Shown piece by piece: positions 12,491 through 31,419 of a stretch of DNA of 64,000 bases (its first letter is position 1; each line of letters opens with the position of its first letter). Source of the DNA: the human T2T-CHM13v2.0 reference genome, Homo sapiens; assembly GCF_009914755.1 (NCBI RefSeq), contig NC_060927.1, one strand, 5' to 3'. Made by a program: the position numbers and the translations under genes. A model generated the notes under the pieces. The model was not told the DNA's origin. It worked only from the letters and a program-made list of their open reading frames with translations, and searched no databases.

Positions 12491-15400
12491 TTAGCTCCCA
12501 CATTTCAGTGAGAATATACAATGTTTAGTTTTCCATTCCTGAATTACTTCACTTAGAATAATAGTCTGCAATCTCATCCAGATCATTGCAAATGTTAATT
12601 CATTCCTTTTATGGCTGAGTAGTATTCCATCATATATACATAACAGAGTTTCTTTATCCACTCGTTGATTGATGGACATTTGGGTTGGTTCCACGATTTT
12701 GCTATTGTGAACTGTGCTGCTATAAACATGCGTGTGCAAGTATCTTTTCTGAATAATGACTTCTTTTTCTGGGGTAGATACTCAGTAGTGGGATTGCTAG
12801 ATCAAATGGTAGCTCTACTTTTAGTTCTTTAAGGAATCTCCACACTGTTTTTCAAAGTGGCTGTACTAGTTTACATTTCCACTAGCAGTGTAGAACCATC
12901 CACACCAACATCTACTGTTTTTTGATTTTTTGATTATGCCATTCTTACAGGCATAAAGTGGTATTGCATTGTGGTTTTGATTTGCATTTCCCTGATCATT
13001 AGTCATGTTGAGCATTTTTTTCATATGTTTGCTGGCCATTTGTATATCTTCTTTTGAGAATTGTCTATTCATGTCCTTAGCTCACTTTTCAAAAGGATTG
13101 ATTTTTTTTTCTTACTGATTTGTTTGAGTTTGTTGTAGGTTCTGGATATTAGTCCTCTGTCAGATTTATAGATTGTGAAGATTTTCTTCCACTCTGTGGG
13201 TTGTCTGTTTACTCTGCTGACTCTTCCTTTTGCCTTGCAAAAGCTCTTTAGTTTAATTAAGTCCCAGCTATTTATCTCGTTTTTATTGCAATTGCTTTTG
13301 GGTTTTTGGTCATGAAATCCTTGCCTAAGCCATTGTCTAGAAGGGTTTTTCTAATGTTATCTTCTAGAATTTTTATAGTTTCAGGTCTTGGGTTTAAGTC
13401 CTTAATCCATCTTGAGTTGATTTTTTGTACAAGGTGAGAGATGAGGATCCGGTTTCATTCTCCTACATGTGGCTAGCAAATTATCCCAGCAACATTTGTT
13501 GAAAAGGGTGTCCTTTCTCCATGTTTTTGTTTCCTCCATCAAAGATCAGTTGGCTGTAAGTATTTGGGTTTTTTCTGGGTTCTCCATTATGTTCCATTGA
13601 TCTATGTGCCTATTTTTATACCAGTACCATGCTGTTTTGGTGACCATCGCCTTATAGTATAGTTTGAAATCAGGTAATGTGATGCCTCCAGATTTGTTCT
13701 TTTTGCATGGTCTTGCTTTGGCTATGTGGGCTCTTTTTTGGTTCTATATGTATTTTGGAATTGTTTTTTCTAACTTTGTGAGGAATGATGGTGGTATTTT
13801 GATGGGGATTCCATTTAATTTGTAGATTGCTTTTGGCAGTATGGTCATTTTCACAATATTGATTCTACCCATCCATGAGAATGGGATGTGTTTCCATTTG
13901 TTTGTGTCATCTATGATTTATTTTAGCAGTGTTTTGTAGTTTTCCTTGTAGAGGTCTTTTGACTCCTTTGTTTTGTATATTCCTAAGTATTTTTTTTTTT
14001 TTTGCAGCTATTATAAAAGGGGTTGAGTTCTTGATTTGATTCACCACTTGGTCACTGTTGGTGTATAGAAGAGCTACTGATTTGTGTACATTAATCTCAT
14101 ATCTGGAAACTTTGCTGAATTCTTTGATCCATTCTAGGAGTTTTCTGGAGGAGTCCTTAGGGTTTTCAATGTAAATGAACATATCATCGGCAAACAGGGA
14201 CAGTTTGACTTCCTCTATACTGATTTGGATGCCGTTTGTCTCTTTCTCTTGTCTGATTGCTCTGACTAAGGCTTGCAGTACTACGTTGAAGAGGAGTGGT
14301 GACAGAGGGCATCCTTGCCTTGTTCCCGTTCTCAGGGGGAATGCTTTTAACTTTTCCCCATTCAGTACTTTTTTGGCTGTGGGTTTGTAATAGATGGCTT
14401 TTATTACATTAAGGTATAACCCTTGTATGCCGATTTTGCTGAGGGTTTTGATCACAAAGGGATGCTGGATTTTGTTGAATGATTTTTCTGCATCTATTGA
14501 GATGATTGTGTGATTTTTGTTTTTAATTCTGTTGATGTGTTGAATCACATTTATTTATTTGTGTATGTTAAAGCATCCCTGCATCCCTGGTATGAAACCC
14601 ACTTGATCATGGTGGATTATCTTTTTGATATGTTATTGGATTCAGTTAGCTATTATTTTGTTAATGATTTTAGCATCTATATTCATCAAGGATATCAGTC
14701 TATATTTTTCTTTTTTGGTTGTGTCTTTTCCCGGTTTTGGTATTTAGGTGATGGTGGCTTCACAGAATGAATTAGGGAGGGTTCCTTCTTTCTCTCTTTT
14801 GGGTAATATTGTCAAAAAAAATTGGTACCAATTCTTTGAATTTCTGGTAGAATTCTGCTGTGAATCCGTCTGGTACTGGACTTTTCTGTGGTGGTAATTT
14901 TTTAATTACCATTTCAATCTCGCTGGTTGCTATTAGGCTGTTCAGGGTATCTAATTCTTTTTGATTTAAGCTAGGAGGATTGTATTTTTCCAGGAATTTA
15001 TCCATCTCTTCTAGGTTTTCTAGTTTATGTGTGTAAAGGTGTTCATAGTAGCCTTGAATGATCTTTTGTATTTCAGTGGTGTCAGTTGTAATATCCCCTG
15101 TTTCATATCTCAGTGAGGTTATTTGGATTTTCTCTATTTTTTCTTGGTTAATCTTGCTAATGGTCTATTAATCTTATTTATCTTTTCAAAGAACCAGCTT
15201 TTTGTTTCATTTATCTTTTGTACTTTTTTGTTTGCTTGTTTGTTTGTTTGTTTCAATTTTGTTTCTCTCTGCTCTGATGTTGGTTATTTCCTTTCTTCTG
15301 CTGGGTTTGGGTTTGGTTTCTTCTTGTTTCTCTAGTTCCTTGAGGTGTGACCTTAGATTGTCTGCTTTTGCTCTTTCAGACTTTTTGATGTAGGCATTTA

Positions 15401-16316
15401 AAGCTATGAACTTTCCTTTTAGCACTACCTTAGCTGTATCCCAGAGGTGTTGATAGGTTGTGTCATTATTGTCATTCAGCTCAAATAATTTTTTAATTTC
15501 CATCTTGATTTTGTTTTTGACCCAATGCTTATGCAAGAGCAGGTTACTTAATTTCCATGTATTTTCATGGTTTTGAGGGTTGCTTTTCGATTTGATTTCC
15601 AGTTTTATTCCACTGTGGTGTGAGAGAATGCTTGATATAATTTCAAATTTATTAAATTTATTGAGGCTTATTGTATGGCCTGTCATATGGACTATCTTGG
15701 AGAAAGTTCCATGGGCTGTTGAATAGAATGAGCATTCTGCAGGTGTTGGATGAAGTGTTCTGTACATACCTGTTAAGTCCATTTCTTCCAAGGTATAGTT
15801 TAAATCCATTGTTTTTTGTTGTTGTTCTTGACTTTCTGTCTTGATGACCTCTCTAGTGCTGTCAGTGGAGTACTGAAGTCCCCCTCTATTTTTGTGTTGC
15901 TGTCTATCTTATTCCTTAGGTCTGTTAGTAATTGTTTTATAAATTTGGGATCTCCAGTGTTAGGTGCATATATGTTTAGGATTGTGATATTTTGCTGTTG
16001 GACAAGGCCTTTTACCATTATGTAATGTCCCTTTTTGTCTCTTTTAACCACTGTTGTTTTAAAGTTTGTTTTGTCTGATACAAGAATAGCTACCCCTTCT
16101 TCACTTTCAGTATCCAACTGCATGAAATGCCTTTTTCTACCCCCTTACTTTAAGTTTATGTGAGTCCTTATGTGTTAGGTTAGCCTCCTGAAAGCAGCAG
16201 CTAGTTGGTTGGTGAGTTCTTAACCATTCTACAGTTCTGTATTTTTTAAGTGGAGCATTTAGGCTATTTATAGTCAATGTTAGTATTGAAATTTGGGGTA
16301 CTGTTGCATTCATCAT
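12491..16316 (-). pseudogene. L1 ORF2p remnant (endonuclease, reverse transcriptase, C-terminal), frameshifted
   Basis: Track fragments [36 protein letters not shown] and LSLFADDM are spread over several frames with stops. Confidence 0.9.
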
Positions 16317-16399
16317 GCTTTTTGTTGCCTTCATTGTTTTTTATTTTTATTTTTTGGTTTTTTGCTTTTGCCTTTTAACTTGTATCTTTGTTTTATAGA

Positions 16400-17429
16400 T
16401 CCTGTGTGCTTTATGCTTTAAAGAGATTCTGTTTTGATGTGTTTCCAGGATTTGTTTGAAGATTTAGAGCTCCTTTTAGCAGTTCTCATAGTGGTGGCTT
16501 GGAAATGGAGAATTCTCTCAGTTTTCATTTGTCTGAAAAATGACTGTATCTTTCCTTCATATATGATACTTAGTTTTGCTGGATACAAAATTATTGGCTG
16601 AAGATTGTTTTGTTTGAGGTGGTTGAAGATAGGGCCCCAATCCCTTCTAACTTGGAGGGTTTCTGCTGAGAAATCTGCTGTTAATTTGATAGGTTTTCCT
16701 TTATAGGTTACCTGGTGCTTCTGTCTTACAGCTCTTAAGATTCTTTCCTTCTTCCTAACTTTGGATAACCGGATGACAACGTGCCTAGGTGAAGATCTTT
16801 TTGTGATGAATTTCCCAGGTGTTCTTTGTGCTTCTTGTGTTTGGCTATCTAGGTCTCTCACAAGACCTGGGAAGTTTTCCTTGATTATTCCCCCAAATAT
16901 GTTTTCCAAGCTTTTAGAATTCTCTTCTTCCTCAGGAACACCGAATATTCTTAGGCATGGTCATTTAACATAATCCCAAACTTCTTGGAGGCTTTGTTCA
17001 CATTTTCTTATTCTTTTTTCTTTGTCTTTGTTGGATTGAGTTAGTTCAAAAACCTTGTTTTCGAGCTCTGAATTTCTTTCTTCTACTTGTTTAATTCTAT
17101 TGCTGAGACTTTCCAAAGCTTTGCATTTCTAAAATTGTGTCCAAAAGTTCCTGAATTGTTGATTGTTTTTTCTTTAAGCTATCTATTTCATTGACTATTT
17201 CTCCCTTCACTTCTTGTATCATTTTTTGGATTTACTTGCACTGGGCTTCGCCTTTCTCTGGTCCCTCCCTGATTAGCTTAATAACTAACCTCCTGAATTC
17301 TTTTTCAGGTATGTCAGGGATTTCTTCTTGGTTTAGATCCATTGCTGGTGAACTAGAGTGATTTCTGGGGGGTGTTGATGATCCTTATTTTATCATATTA
17401 CCAAGGTTGGTTTTCTGGTTCCTTCCCAT
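16400..17429 (-). pseudogene. L1 ORF1p remnant, disrupted
   Basis: ENFPGL...SPRHVVIRLSKV...LTADFSAETLQVRRDWGPIF. Probable ATG at 17429. Confidence 0.85.
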
Positions 17430-18884
17430 TCGGATAGGCTCTGTCAGAGGGAAGGTCTAGGGCTGAAGACTGTTGTTCAGATTTTTTTGTCTCATGGGGT
17501 GTCCCCTTGATGTTGTACTCTCCTCCTTTTCCTATGGATGCGGCTTCCTGTGAGTCTAACTGCAGTGATTGTTGTCTCTCTTCTGGGTCTAGCCACCCCG
17601 CAAGCCTACCCAGCTCCTGGCTGGTGCTGGGGATTTCTGCACAGAGTCTTGTGATGTGAACTGTCTATGGGTTTCTCAGCTGTGGATACCAGCACCTGTT
17701 CTGGTGGGGGTGGCAGAGGGTGCTGGCTCCGTGAGGGTTCTTAGCTTTGGTGGTTTAATGCTCTATTTTTGTGCTGGTTGACCTCCTGCCAAGAGGTGGC
17801 GCTTTCCAGAAAGCATGAGCTGTAGTAATGCGGAGAGGGACCAGTAGGGCGCAGGGCCCTAGAACTCCTAAGGTTATATGTCCTTTGTCTTCCAGTACCA
17901 GGGTGGGTAGGGAAGGACCATCAGGTTGGGGCAGGGCTAGGTGTGTCTGAGTTCAGACTCTCCTTGGGCGGGTCTTGCTGTGGCTGCTGTGAGATTCCCA
18001 GGTCACCAGAGCTATGTACCTAGGAGGATTACCGCTGCTCCTGCTGAGTCATGCAGGTTGTCCGGGAAGAGGGGAAAAGCCGGCAATCACAGGCCTCACC
18101 CAGCTCCCACGCAAACCGAAGAGCTGGTCTCACTCCCACAGTGCCACCCACAGCCTGTTTCCAGGCGGAGAGCGGGCTTAAAAACTTGTCCGAGGCTTTC
18201 CACCTCCCAGCTGCAAAAGAAAAGGGCTTCAGTTCTTCCCTCACCTGTGAAGTCTGCAAGCCAGATTCACACCCTCTCCTGCGTTCTGGCCAGGAGGCTT
18301 CTCTCCCTGCTCAAATTGTTACAAAGTTCAGGTGGGGAAGTCCTTCTCCCGGTGGGGTTTTACCCCCTGCTCCTCTGGCCACCCTCCTGATGGATCCCTG
18401 TGGTGCCAGGCAGGCAGGAATGGGCTATGGGGATTCAGTGAGCTCCCAGGGCCTCCCAGCTACCTCCTCCACCCCTGTATTTCAATCACCTCGGCTCTCT
18501 AATTTGACTCAGCTCCAGGTAAGTCGAGAACGTCTCCAGCAAACAGACCTTCAGCTTCTCCGGTGGGGGTGTGTGTTTGGGAAAGGAGGGTCTCTTTCCC
18601 ACTTCTGCAGTTGGGGCACTCACAGTATTTGGGATGTCTCCCTGGTCTTGCAGGAGCAGTCTGCTTCCTTCAGAGGGTCTGTGGGTCCTCTCTGGGTTGC
18701 TGGTTTGTTTTTGCAGTCAATCTGGTGCTAAAATTCACAATGCAAGCCTCTGCATACTGCGCTGTCTGGAGCTGCAGTCTAGTCCTGCCTGCTGTCCGCC
18801 GTGATCTGCTGTATCTCTCATACCTTAAATATTTTTAATATGGAGTTTTAGCATGTTGATCCTATGATGATGGTGATGATGATG

Positions 18885-19115
18885 ACGAGATAACTTAATC
18901 AGTCTCTCCTAGTACCAGTCTCTGGGCCAAATGCTTTGCATGCATAACCTCAATGCATCCTCACTGCGACTCTGTGAAATAGAAAGCATATTATAACTGG
19001 CTTGCAGTTGAATTAAGTGAGACTTAGCAACACTAAATAAGTAATGCCTGAGTTGGCTTATCTGAAAAATTGGCGGACTCAGGGTCCAAAACCAAACAGT
19101 ATTAATCCAAAGACC
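18885..19115 (-). mobile_element. MIR
   Basis: aaatgctttgcatgcata...tcctcac...ctctgtgaaatag...gagacttagcaacactaaataa core. Confidence 0.6.
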
Positions 19116-21807
19116 TATGCAGCTTCAATGACAATATTTCTCCAAATATGGGCCATGAAACATTTACATCATTGTCAGTAGAAAATGCAGATTTTGTTCT
19201 CACACCATGCCTTCTATGTGTATGTCCAATGTTAATTCAATAATTACATTTTGACCATACTCAATTCTTAATACACAATTCCAACATCTACATTTTCCTA
19301 AGAGCATAGTGTATAACTTCAAAGGCCAAGAATGAATAAAAAGGATTATTTCATCCATATGACCAGCTTTTGGAATGGGAAAAAATAATTTCTGTAGACT
19401 TTTCTTGTCTATGAAAATTGCCTAAATATTATGGCATCAAAAGAGAATGACTTATTTTTACTAAATATGAAATTCTGTTTAATGTATAATAATGCAATGA
19501 TTCTCAGTCATTTGACTATCCCTCTACATGAAACAACTAAGGAATAAAATGCATTCCTGTCAGTAAAAGTGGCTGACTGAAGCCGTGATCTAAAAATGGG
19601 AAGAAAAGGAGATGTGTAGTTAATTAAAAGACTCTTAACCTCTGATTTATTTGAGAATCCCTAATGACATTTTTGTCAACCATTACTATTGTTAATTTCA
19701 ACAATGTGCTGTTTTGAAAGTTGGTGAAAAAAATCATAGAAATATTATTAGCAATATTCACAAGATATTTATTTGTGGATCAAACATTGTACATGTAGTA
19801 ATGGAAGTATAGAATGTTTGGGAATTAGCCAAGAGGAAGGTCCATTTTATCTTGTTTCACCAAAGAAAGATAAAAAATTGCTTGCAATTCAACAAGAGGA
19901 AAAGTATATTCGTGCAACACAAAATTGTGGGTAATACATTTTATTGTGTAGTAAATATGTATAAGAAAAAGAGGTTTATTATATACTGTGCATGCTGACA
20001 TAGCATATTGTTTATGACATGAATACATAATTTATAGAAAATGATTAAATTATTTCAGAGATTATTTTACATTCTATCACTTATAAGCTATAAATATTTT
20101 GTTGCTAAAAATTCAATGATCAGTTTTAGCTTAGACTGACAGATGTCCCCACATTAAGATGTCAGATACTTCAGTTATTCATTCTGAATAAAACCACAAT
20201 GCCAAATGCTGCCACAGAATGTACAGAAAATTGTCATATCAATTAGATGAAGTCAGTAACGATCCATATGTTAAAAAGTCATAATTGTGAAGGCTGAGTC
20301 ATTACTTAGGAATTTGAGTTTTATATGTTTAAGAATACATCATTGACATATTAACTATTTCTCTTTCTTTGCATCTATATAATTCAGCAGTACTTAAAAT
20401 GACATTTTGTCAGCAAATTTCAAAAATTTTTGGAATTAAAAAACTCCAAAACTTACTGCAAATTGATACCCTGTACACATCCCTACATTATCTCGGCTGT
20501 ATGTCTTCACATGCCTGCAAAGATGGTCACAATGGAGTGTTTGAAACCATCATTTTCTTTGTAACTTTTGTACAGCACATAGCCTCTTGAAATCTTGTCT
20601 GTATTGCAGCTCTCTGTGTGCACCTTTTATCATCTCTACTGAACTCTAAGCTCTTTGAAGGTAGAGTCCAAGTGTTCATCTTTGTTTCTGTGCTTATAGA
20701 TTAGAGATTTAACAGTGGTAGGTTTTGAGTTAAAAAAAAAAATGTACTTTCCCAATTTTGTTCTTCCCATAAATGACCTGAGCAGAGAGGTTATGAAAAC
20801 AGGTATTGCATTTCTATGATATAATTCAGGGGAGAGTCAGGACCTGTGGTTTCTGCAAGCTGTTATCACAAACATAGGCCATTTATAGTTGTCATAAACA
20901 TTTGTTGCAACAAGAGAAATATTTAAAAGCATTTTCTTATGTGGACATGACTGCATTATGAGTTTTCAAGTCTCTTTTCTCCAATATATTGTGAGAATTA
21001 AAAATACGTATTTATCATCTACTACATGAGGCAGTGGGTTGTGTGGAATGGGGAGGAAGAGGAAGCTGAAGTACTAAATCTGTTGATATCTCTCTTGATC
21101 ATGTTTCCATGTGTCTGGAATCAGTGGCCAGAGTCAAGAAATCTCAAGAAGTTTCATATCTCTAAATCCCGTTCAGAGACAAGGGATATGGAAGTACAAA
21201 GATGGACTCAGTAAATTGCCTAACTTATGTGAATCTCCTCAAATATCATTAATTTCAATGTATTCCTTTTTATCAAACCCAAAGTACACTCAATTTTTTA
21301 CATTGGTTACCTTAAATTGTACTTCCTTTCTATGGAAATAACTGTTAATACACAATCAGTATCTTCTTATATTGATTAAAAATTGCTAATCATAAGATCT
21401 TACATTTCTATTAATATTTGAATTATTAAACCTGAACAGCTACACACTTCAATTAATAAAATTTTCTTTCATTGACAAAAAGCTGTCAGACTATATAATA
21501 AAACTACCTCATTTTAAATACCAAAATACTGAATAATTTTACATTCAACTCATTTATTAAGAATAATACAGAATATGTTGCATGACAAGCATTCACAAAT
21601 GTGAATATAAGATATTGACATAACCTAAATTAGAATATACAAATATATTTTATCACAATATTTTATCTATAAGGATGAAAAATGTCATTTCATACAATTT
21701 AGAGGTATGTTCAATGTGTCTTGAAACAACAAAAAACTCTATTCAAAAATAAGTGTTTCCAGAGAAAAAAAAAAGAGTAGGTTTTTATTTTTTTATTTTT
21801 ATTTTTA

Positions 21808-22412
<605 letters not shown>

Positions 22413-22818
22413 GTGAGACAGTTTTCTTGTGCTGGTCGTAGGGCAACAGCTCACTTCATTTATACTGACAGTTTTCTGTATTTGTTATATACATTGTGTC
22501 AAGAAAAGAGAGACATATGGAATTTCTAAATACAATCATCACTGTTAAAGTTTCCTATAATTTAACTTTTTAAAGTTTCCTTATTAAATTTTGTTTCTGT
22601 TGTTGCTCCTGTGCCCTATTCAACTCATTTAACACTTTAATACTTTGTGCCTTTTCCTGATACAAATTTCCCTCATGGTCCCCCTTTCCCTTCAATATTG
22701 TTAGCAACTCAAAGTCAGAATTGAGAGTCCATCTTACTCCCCGTTGTATTTCCCACATAACTTATTGTGGGTTCATAGGAGACCTCATAATTGTTAACAC
22801 CAGGGGAAAGAATTCTTA

Positions 22819-26179
<3,361 letters not shown>

Positions 26180-27469
26180 AAAAATTGCATGTTATCATTA
26201 TCTGAAATGATCCTCAAGTTTTCAGTAATAAAGTATAAAATGGTAAAAATTAAAAAAATAAATTAAACATCTCCTTATCTAGAGGCATAACTTTAGAAAT
26301 AACTCTACAGTCTCTTAACTATTTTCATCTTTGATTAATGACCAGGTTACATTGGAGAAAAAGTCAGTATTTTCTACTGGTAAATTACGCAATTCTACCA
26401 GTAAAGGTTTAGGCATGATTTGGACTGTTTTAAATAATTTGCATTTTGAAAATACTCATTCACCACCCTAATGTGTCACCACTATACACTCCATAGGGTA
26501 AGGTGAAGGGTATGCATTGAAGTTTTTAGTCACATCGAAGAATGTAGATTTAAAATTCAAATGATGATGGAATCAGCCTGCATTAGAAAGCTGCTTTTCA
26601 AATTATTCGAATTGATGTTTGCATAAATCTGGATAGTGAAAACAAAAGTATCTTCTACAGCAAAATGGTAGATCTAAATATACAAAATCAAAGCAGAGTT
26701 ATGCTGTGTTACCTTAAAAGAAAAGGAAGTGTCAAAATTTGGTTAACAATATTAAGATCCCTGAATAAATAATAAAGTATAAGATGATTACTAAAGGAAA
26801 AACAGAAAAATCACCAAAGCAAATTAGTTTGTTTACATTTTCTGTGTTCAAAGGGCTGTGATCATTTCTTAAAATATAGCAGTAAGTTCATTGTGTTCAG
26901 ATTAAATCAGCAAATTTAAATGATTAAAAAACACATAATAAACGTGTGTTAATAAAATGAGCATATACATAAAAGCATAACTATAATGAATGTATATAAT
27001 ATATGTATATACAAATAAATTCATGCACGTGTATATATATACTAGAAGGCAGAGTCTGTGAAGATAAGAGGTGACAGAGTGTTCTACTTTAGATTGGGAA
27101 GTGAAGCAATGTGAATCATAGCTCTCGGAGTTTATGTTTATATCTGAAGGGTGATCAAAGGGTGGCGTAAAGAAGTGGTGGGGAGGTACACAGTTCGGTC
27201 AAATAAAACAGCAAGTGCGAAAGCCCTAAAGTGAGATTTACCTGTTAGAAAACTGGAAGGCAGGTCAGTGTGGCTACAACCTAGCAAGTAAAGGTGATAC
27301 TAATAAAAGGTAATTTTGTGATAAATTTGTGAAAGCCAATGGGAATTCTTCACCGTCTATCTCACACTTCTGCTACCCTCTGTGTTGGTTTCGTTTTCAG
27401 GCAGTTTTCTTCCCATGATAACAAACATTAGCAGCTCCAGTCTTTAGGGCTCACAACCCATGGACATGA

Positions 27470-27850
27470 CCTAACTTCACAAACCTGCTCCTTTGAAATC
27501 TCTCCCACCCAAGTTAAAGGGAATTCCATCTTTCCTATTATTTGAGGGCAAAAAAAGTCAGGATTACCTTTGTCTCTTTGTTTTCCTACATTCCAAATAT
27601 AAGCAGTAATTCTGGTAGGAGGCACCTTCAGAATATTTCCAGTTTCTGTCCATTTTTACCACACATGCCTCAGCTATTATCTTCTTTTACTTGGATTATT
27701 ACAATAACCTTTTCAGTGATCTATTTTATACTTGTACTGCATTCTATTTTCAATGCAACAGCCACTTCTCTGACCTCATCTCTACCTCATCTGCCATCCT
27801 TTCTCTTTACTCACACAGCTCCAGTCACACTAATAAGCCACACTGTTTAC
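27470..27850 (+). mobile_element. L2 fragment
   Basis: aaacctgctcct...attccatctttcc...accttcagaatatttcca...ggattattacaataacct motifs. Confidence 0.55.
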
Positions 27851-28531
27851 ATAAATTTTTCTGAGCTTTAATTCACAGGATCTATCTCATGAAATTATTT
27901 AAATAATTATATGTAAACATGCATTTAAATGTTTCTTGTTATGTTTCCTAAAAACTTATAATTAAATATTAGCAGGCATATTAATATTATTGCTGATTAA
28001 AATTTTGGTTTCTCAATAGAGAAAAACATCATACCATTCAAAGAGACTTTTATAGTTTTGTTTCTAGTTGTTACTTAAGTTAATATAATACTACTATAAT
28101 TTGCACACTGCATCTTATTTTGTAATGCACCAAGTTAAAAATAAATTATTAATTTTGTATTAACATTGCTGTAAATTTGAGCCAAGTAGAAAAATAATAT
28201 TCTTGATTCAATATTTAGATTTTAGGTGACTATAAATGCACAAAAACAATATCCTTCAAAGAAAGACGGATTATAGGTCCAATTAGCACAGGGACTTGAC
28301 ATAATCTGTGATTCTTGTGTGAATGAGTAAAGAGTGGCAAGAGGTTCTTAACATCCACAAACACTGAAACTAATTAGTGTAATCAAGAGGACATTACAAA
28401 AAATATGTGGTCTTTTTTATTACTTATTTGCAATTTTTCACTTTGAGTTCCTTATTCTTGCATCTAAAAGGCAATTTAAAAAGGGACTTGGAGAAAATAC
28501 TTTAGCCGAGAATAACTATCTGTATCTTAAC

Positions 28532-29007
28532 TGTGAACCCCGAATATCTGAGACAGGTCTCAGGTAATTTAGAAAGCTTACCTTGCCAGGGTTGAGGACA
28601 CGCACCCGTGACACAGCCTCCTCAGGAGGTCCTGACGACTTGTGCTGAAGGTGATCAGAGCACAGTTTGGTTTTATACATTTTAGGGAGACATGAGACAT
28701 CAATCAACATATGTAAAAAAAAACCTTGATTTGGTCTGGAAAGGCGGGACAACTGGAAGCAAAAGCTGGAAGACTTGAAGCAGGGATGGGACTTCCAAGT
28801 CATAGGTAGAGAAGAGACAAATGGTTGCATTCTTCTGAGTTTCTAATTAGCCTTTCCAAAGGAAGCAAACAGATGTGAATTTATCTTAGTGAGCAGAGGG
28901 GTGACTTTGAGTAGAATGAGAGGCATGTTAGCCCTAAGCAGTTCCCAGCTTGACTTTTCCCTTTAGCTTAATGATTTGAGAGCTCCAAGACTTGTTTTCT
29001 CTTCACA
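28532..29007 (-). mobile_element. MER4A-like ERV1 solo LTR
   Basis: tgtgaaccccgaatatctgagacaggtctcag ... tttccctttagctt...ttcaca. TG/CA ends; near-TSD taac/ttac. Confidence 0.88.
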
Positions 29008-31003
29008 TTACTTTCAGAATTTTTCTTGATCTCTAGTTTTCTTGTTTATGGTATTGTTCTTCTTACTGCTTAAACAATGGTTAGATGGTAGTTCATGATA
29101 AGGGAACAAACATTAAAAAAAATAATGCCCTGTATCCAATAGTAAAAACACTATCTGTTTCACTTTCTGCGCTGCTTACTTGAAAAAAGCATGGTGAGCA
29201 TTATTAGCTCATCCAGTTAACTTTAAAGATTGTGAAATCTCTTCAGTCTCTATGCCCTTAAAAAAATGGGACGTCGCATGTTCTTAATATTCTAATTAAT
29301 CAATTATTTATGAAATGATAGCATAATGACCAATCAGAGACAATATACGCAACAATGTACCTAAACCCCTTTCAGGAGGAATCTCTTGCCAAGAAATAAT
29401 TGAACCATATGCATAATATAAAATATGCATTTCTGTACAGGTCTTTAATCTCTGCAAGAAGAGAGGTACTCTTGATAAATAATAATAGAAATACATTACC
29501 ATTTAAAATGCTAAATAAGAAGGCATTCCTAATCTCCAGTACTTTATGTGAATTACTGCTCTTTTTCTGGCAAAATGTAATTTGGTAGACAAAACCTAAG
29601 TTTTGATAAACATAAGTATAAAATATGTCCTTTGTAAGGCAGGCTATTCCATTGTGTTTCATAAAAATTTATCATGACAAAAGTATAAATCTTAGTTTAT
29701 TCTTTAGTCTGTTTTTCTTTCCTTAATAAAACATAGTTTATAAAGTAAATTAGAGTTGAATGGCGTATTTGTTGTCATTAATAAATGAAACCATCATTTA
29801 TTCATTAGTGAAATTGAAAGTATTATGTAATAGGACCTTAGAACATGGGAAGAGTATAGAAAAATAGAATAAAAATAATCAACATCAATATTTATCAATG
29901 TTAGCATGTTATACAGTTACCTATAGTGTTTCAATGTGCTGTCATTAATTTAAAAGAAATATGATCATAGAAAAATGTATAAACTTAATTAGGACTTAAA
30001 AAGTGTATACCCTTTAATAAAAGGGATACTTTTAAGTTAATAGATTCATAATGAAGCATTAATTGACTAAATATTTTAACTGGGAAGTTAGTGAAAATAT
30101 AAATATAGGCTCAACTTGAAACCCTATATGTAAGTTATAGATAATGCTCCAAATATAAAAATATATATATATATATACACACACATGCCTGAAAAATGAT
30201 AAAGATATTTAATAATTAAGTTTGTGGTATCCATATTTACCTGACATTGAAGATGTCACAAATTTGGCAGAAATATATTTTTTTCATTTTCCTGTTTGTT
30301 GACAGTGTTGATGGTAATACTTAATTATTCTATTAGCAAAGTAATTAATTAAAACCTAGCTAATCTGGGCTCTATGCTATGAAATGGTATTAAATACAGC
30401 ATAATATTTGGTCCTAAACACCAAAGTTCTTATCATCAGGTTGTGGAAGCAAAGTATAAATACAATGAACCCAAATCCAAATGGAAAATCATCAGGTAGT
30501 ATCTGGACCATTATAATGCTGTTTTCCCAAAAATTGAACTGGACATGTGGAGATAGGGACAGGTGTTTGGAAGCAGAACTGAAGATTACAAAGAAATGTC
30601 AGTGCACAATATATGCATCAGTGAAAACCACAAAGGATTAATGTAAGTCATGCAGAAACAGAAGCTAAGATGAGGGAAAGTTATGGAGTGGAGATAGGAA
30701 ACACAGAGTAAAGGGAGAACAGTTAATTGTAGCCACAGGTAGAGTGTAGTCAAAGAAAAAAAATATTTAATTTTAATGATGGAGTATGACATTTTCCTAC
30801 TGTTGTAGATATGCTTGAAATACATTTAAGATCAGTGAGGCAGTTTAATTCAACCACTGGGAGCTGGTTGTGTTCTTGCTGTGGGATATCATGACATAAG
30901 ACAACGCTTTGTGACTTTTCTTTTCTTTCTATTCAATTTCTTTCTTTTTCCATCTACACCTTTAAAATAAAGCATCTATTTCACTGTTATATGAGGTTAC
31001 CAC

Positions 31004-31419
31004 ATATATTAATTTCCTATTACTGCTGTAACAAATGACTACAAATTGAGTGTCTTAACACAAATTTATATCTTATAGTTCTAGAGGATGGAAGTCCTAA
31101 AATGGGTCTTACGAGGCTAAAATTAATCTGTTGGTCAGGCTGCAATCCTGAAAGGAAGACTGTAGGGAAGAATCCGTTTCCTTAACTTTTCTAGCTTCTA
31201 GTTTTCCAATCTCTGTCTCTGACTTGGGCCCTTCTGACTCCATTTTATAAAAATCTTTGTGATTATATTAGATCCACCTGGATCAGCCAGTATAATCTCT
31301 CTGTCGAAAGATACTTAATCACATATGCAAAGTCCCTTTTGCCATGTAAGGTAACATATTCAGAAGTATTGAGGATTAGGAGGTGGACATCTTTGGAGGG
31401 TCATCTTCACCTTCCCACA
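31004..31419 (-). mobile_element. MLT1 LTR (MLT1C/D-like)
   Basis: gctgtaacaaat...cttatagttctagagg...gcaaagtcccttttgccatgtaaggtaacatattca...ggattagg. Confidence 0.8.

Larger units (their letters stand above)
12265..18817 (-). mobile_element. Full-length L1PB (L1PB1-like), ~6.55 kb
   Basis: L1PB 3'UTR (gtatttggttacatgagtaagttctttagtgg), contiguous ORF2 and ORF1 remnants, and a GC-rich 5'UTR ending in gatcacggcggacagcaggcaggactag on the minus strand. Confidence 0.92.

Noticed and set aside
12250-18835. TSD for the full-length L1PB
   Set aside because: The flanks are only loosely similar, so no TSD is claimed.
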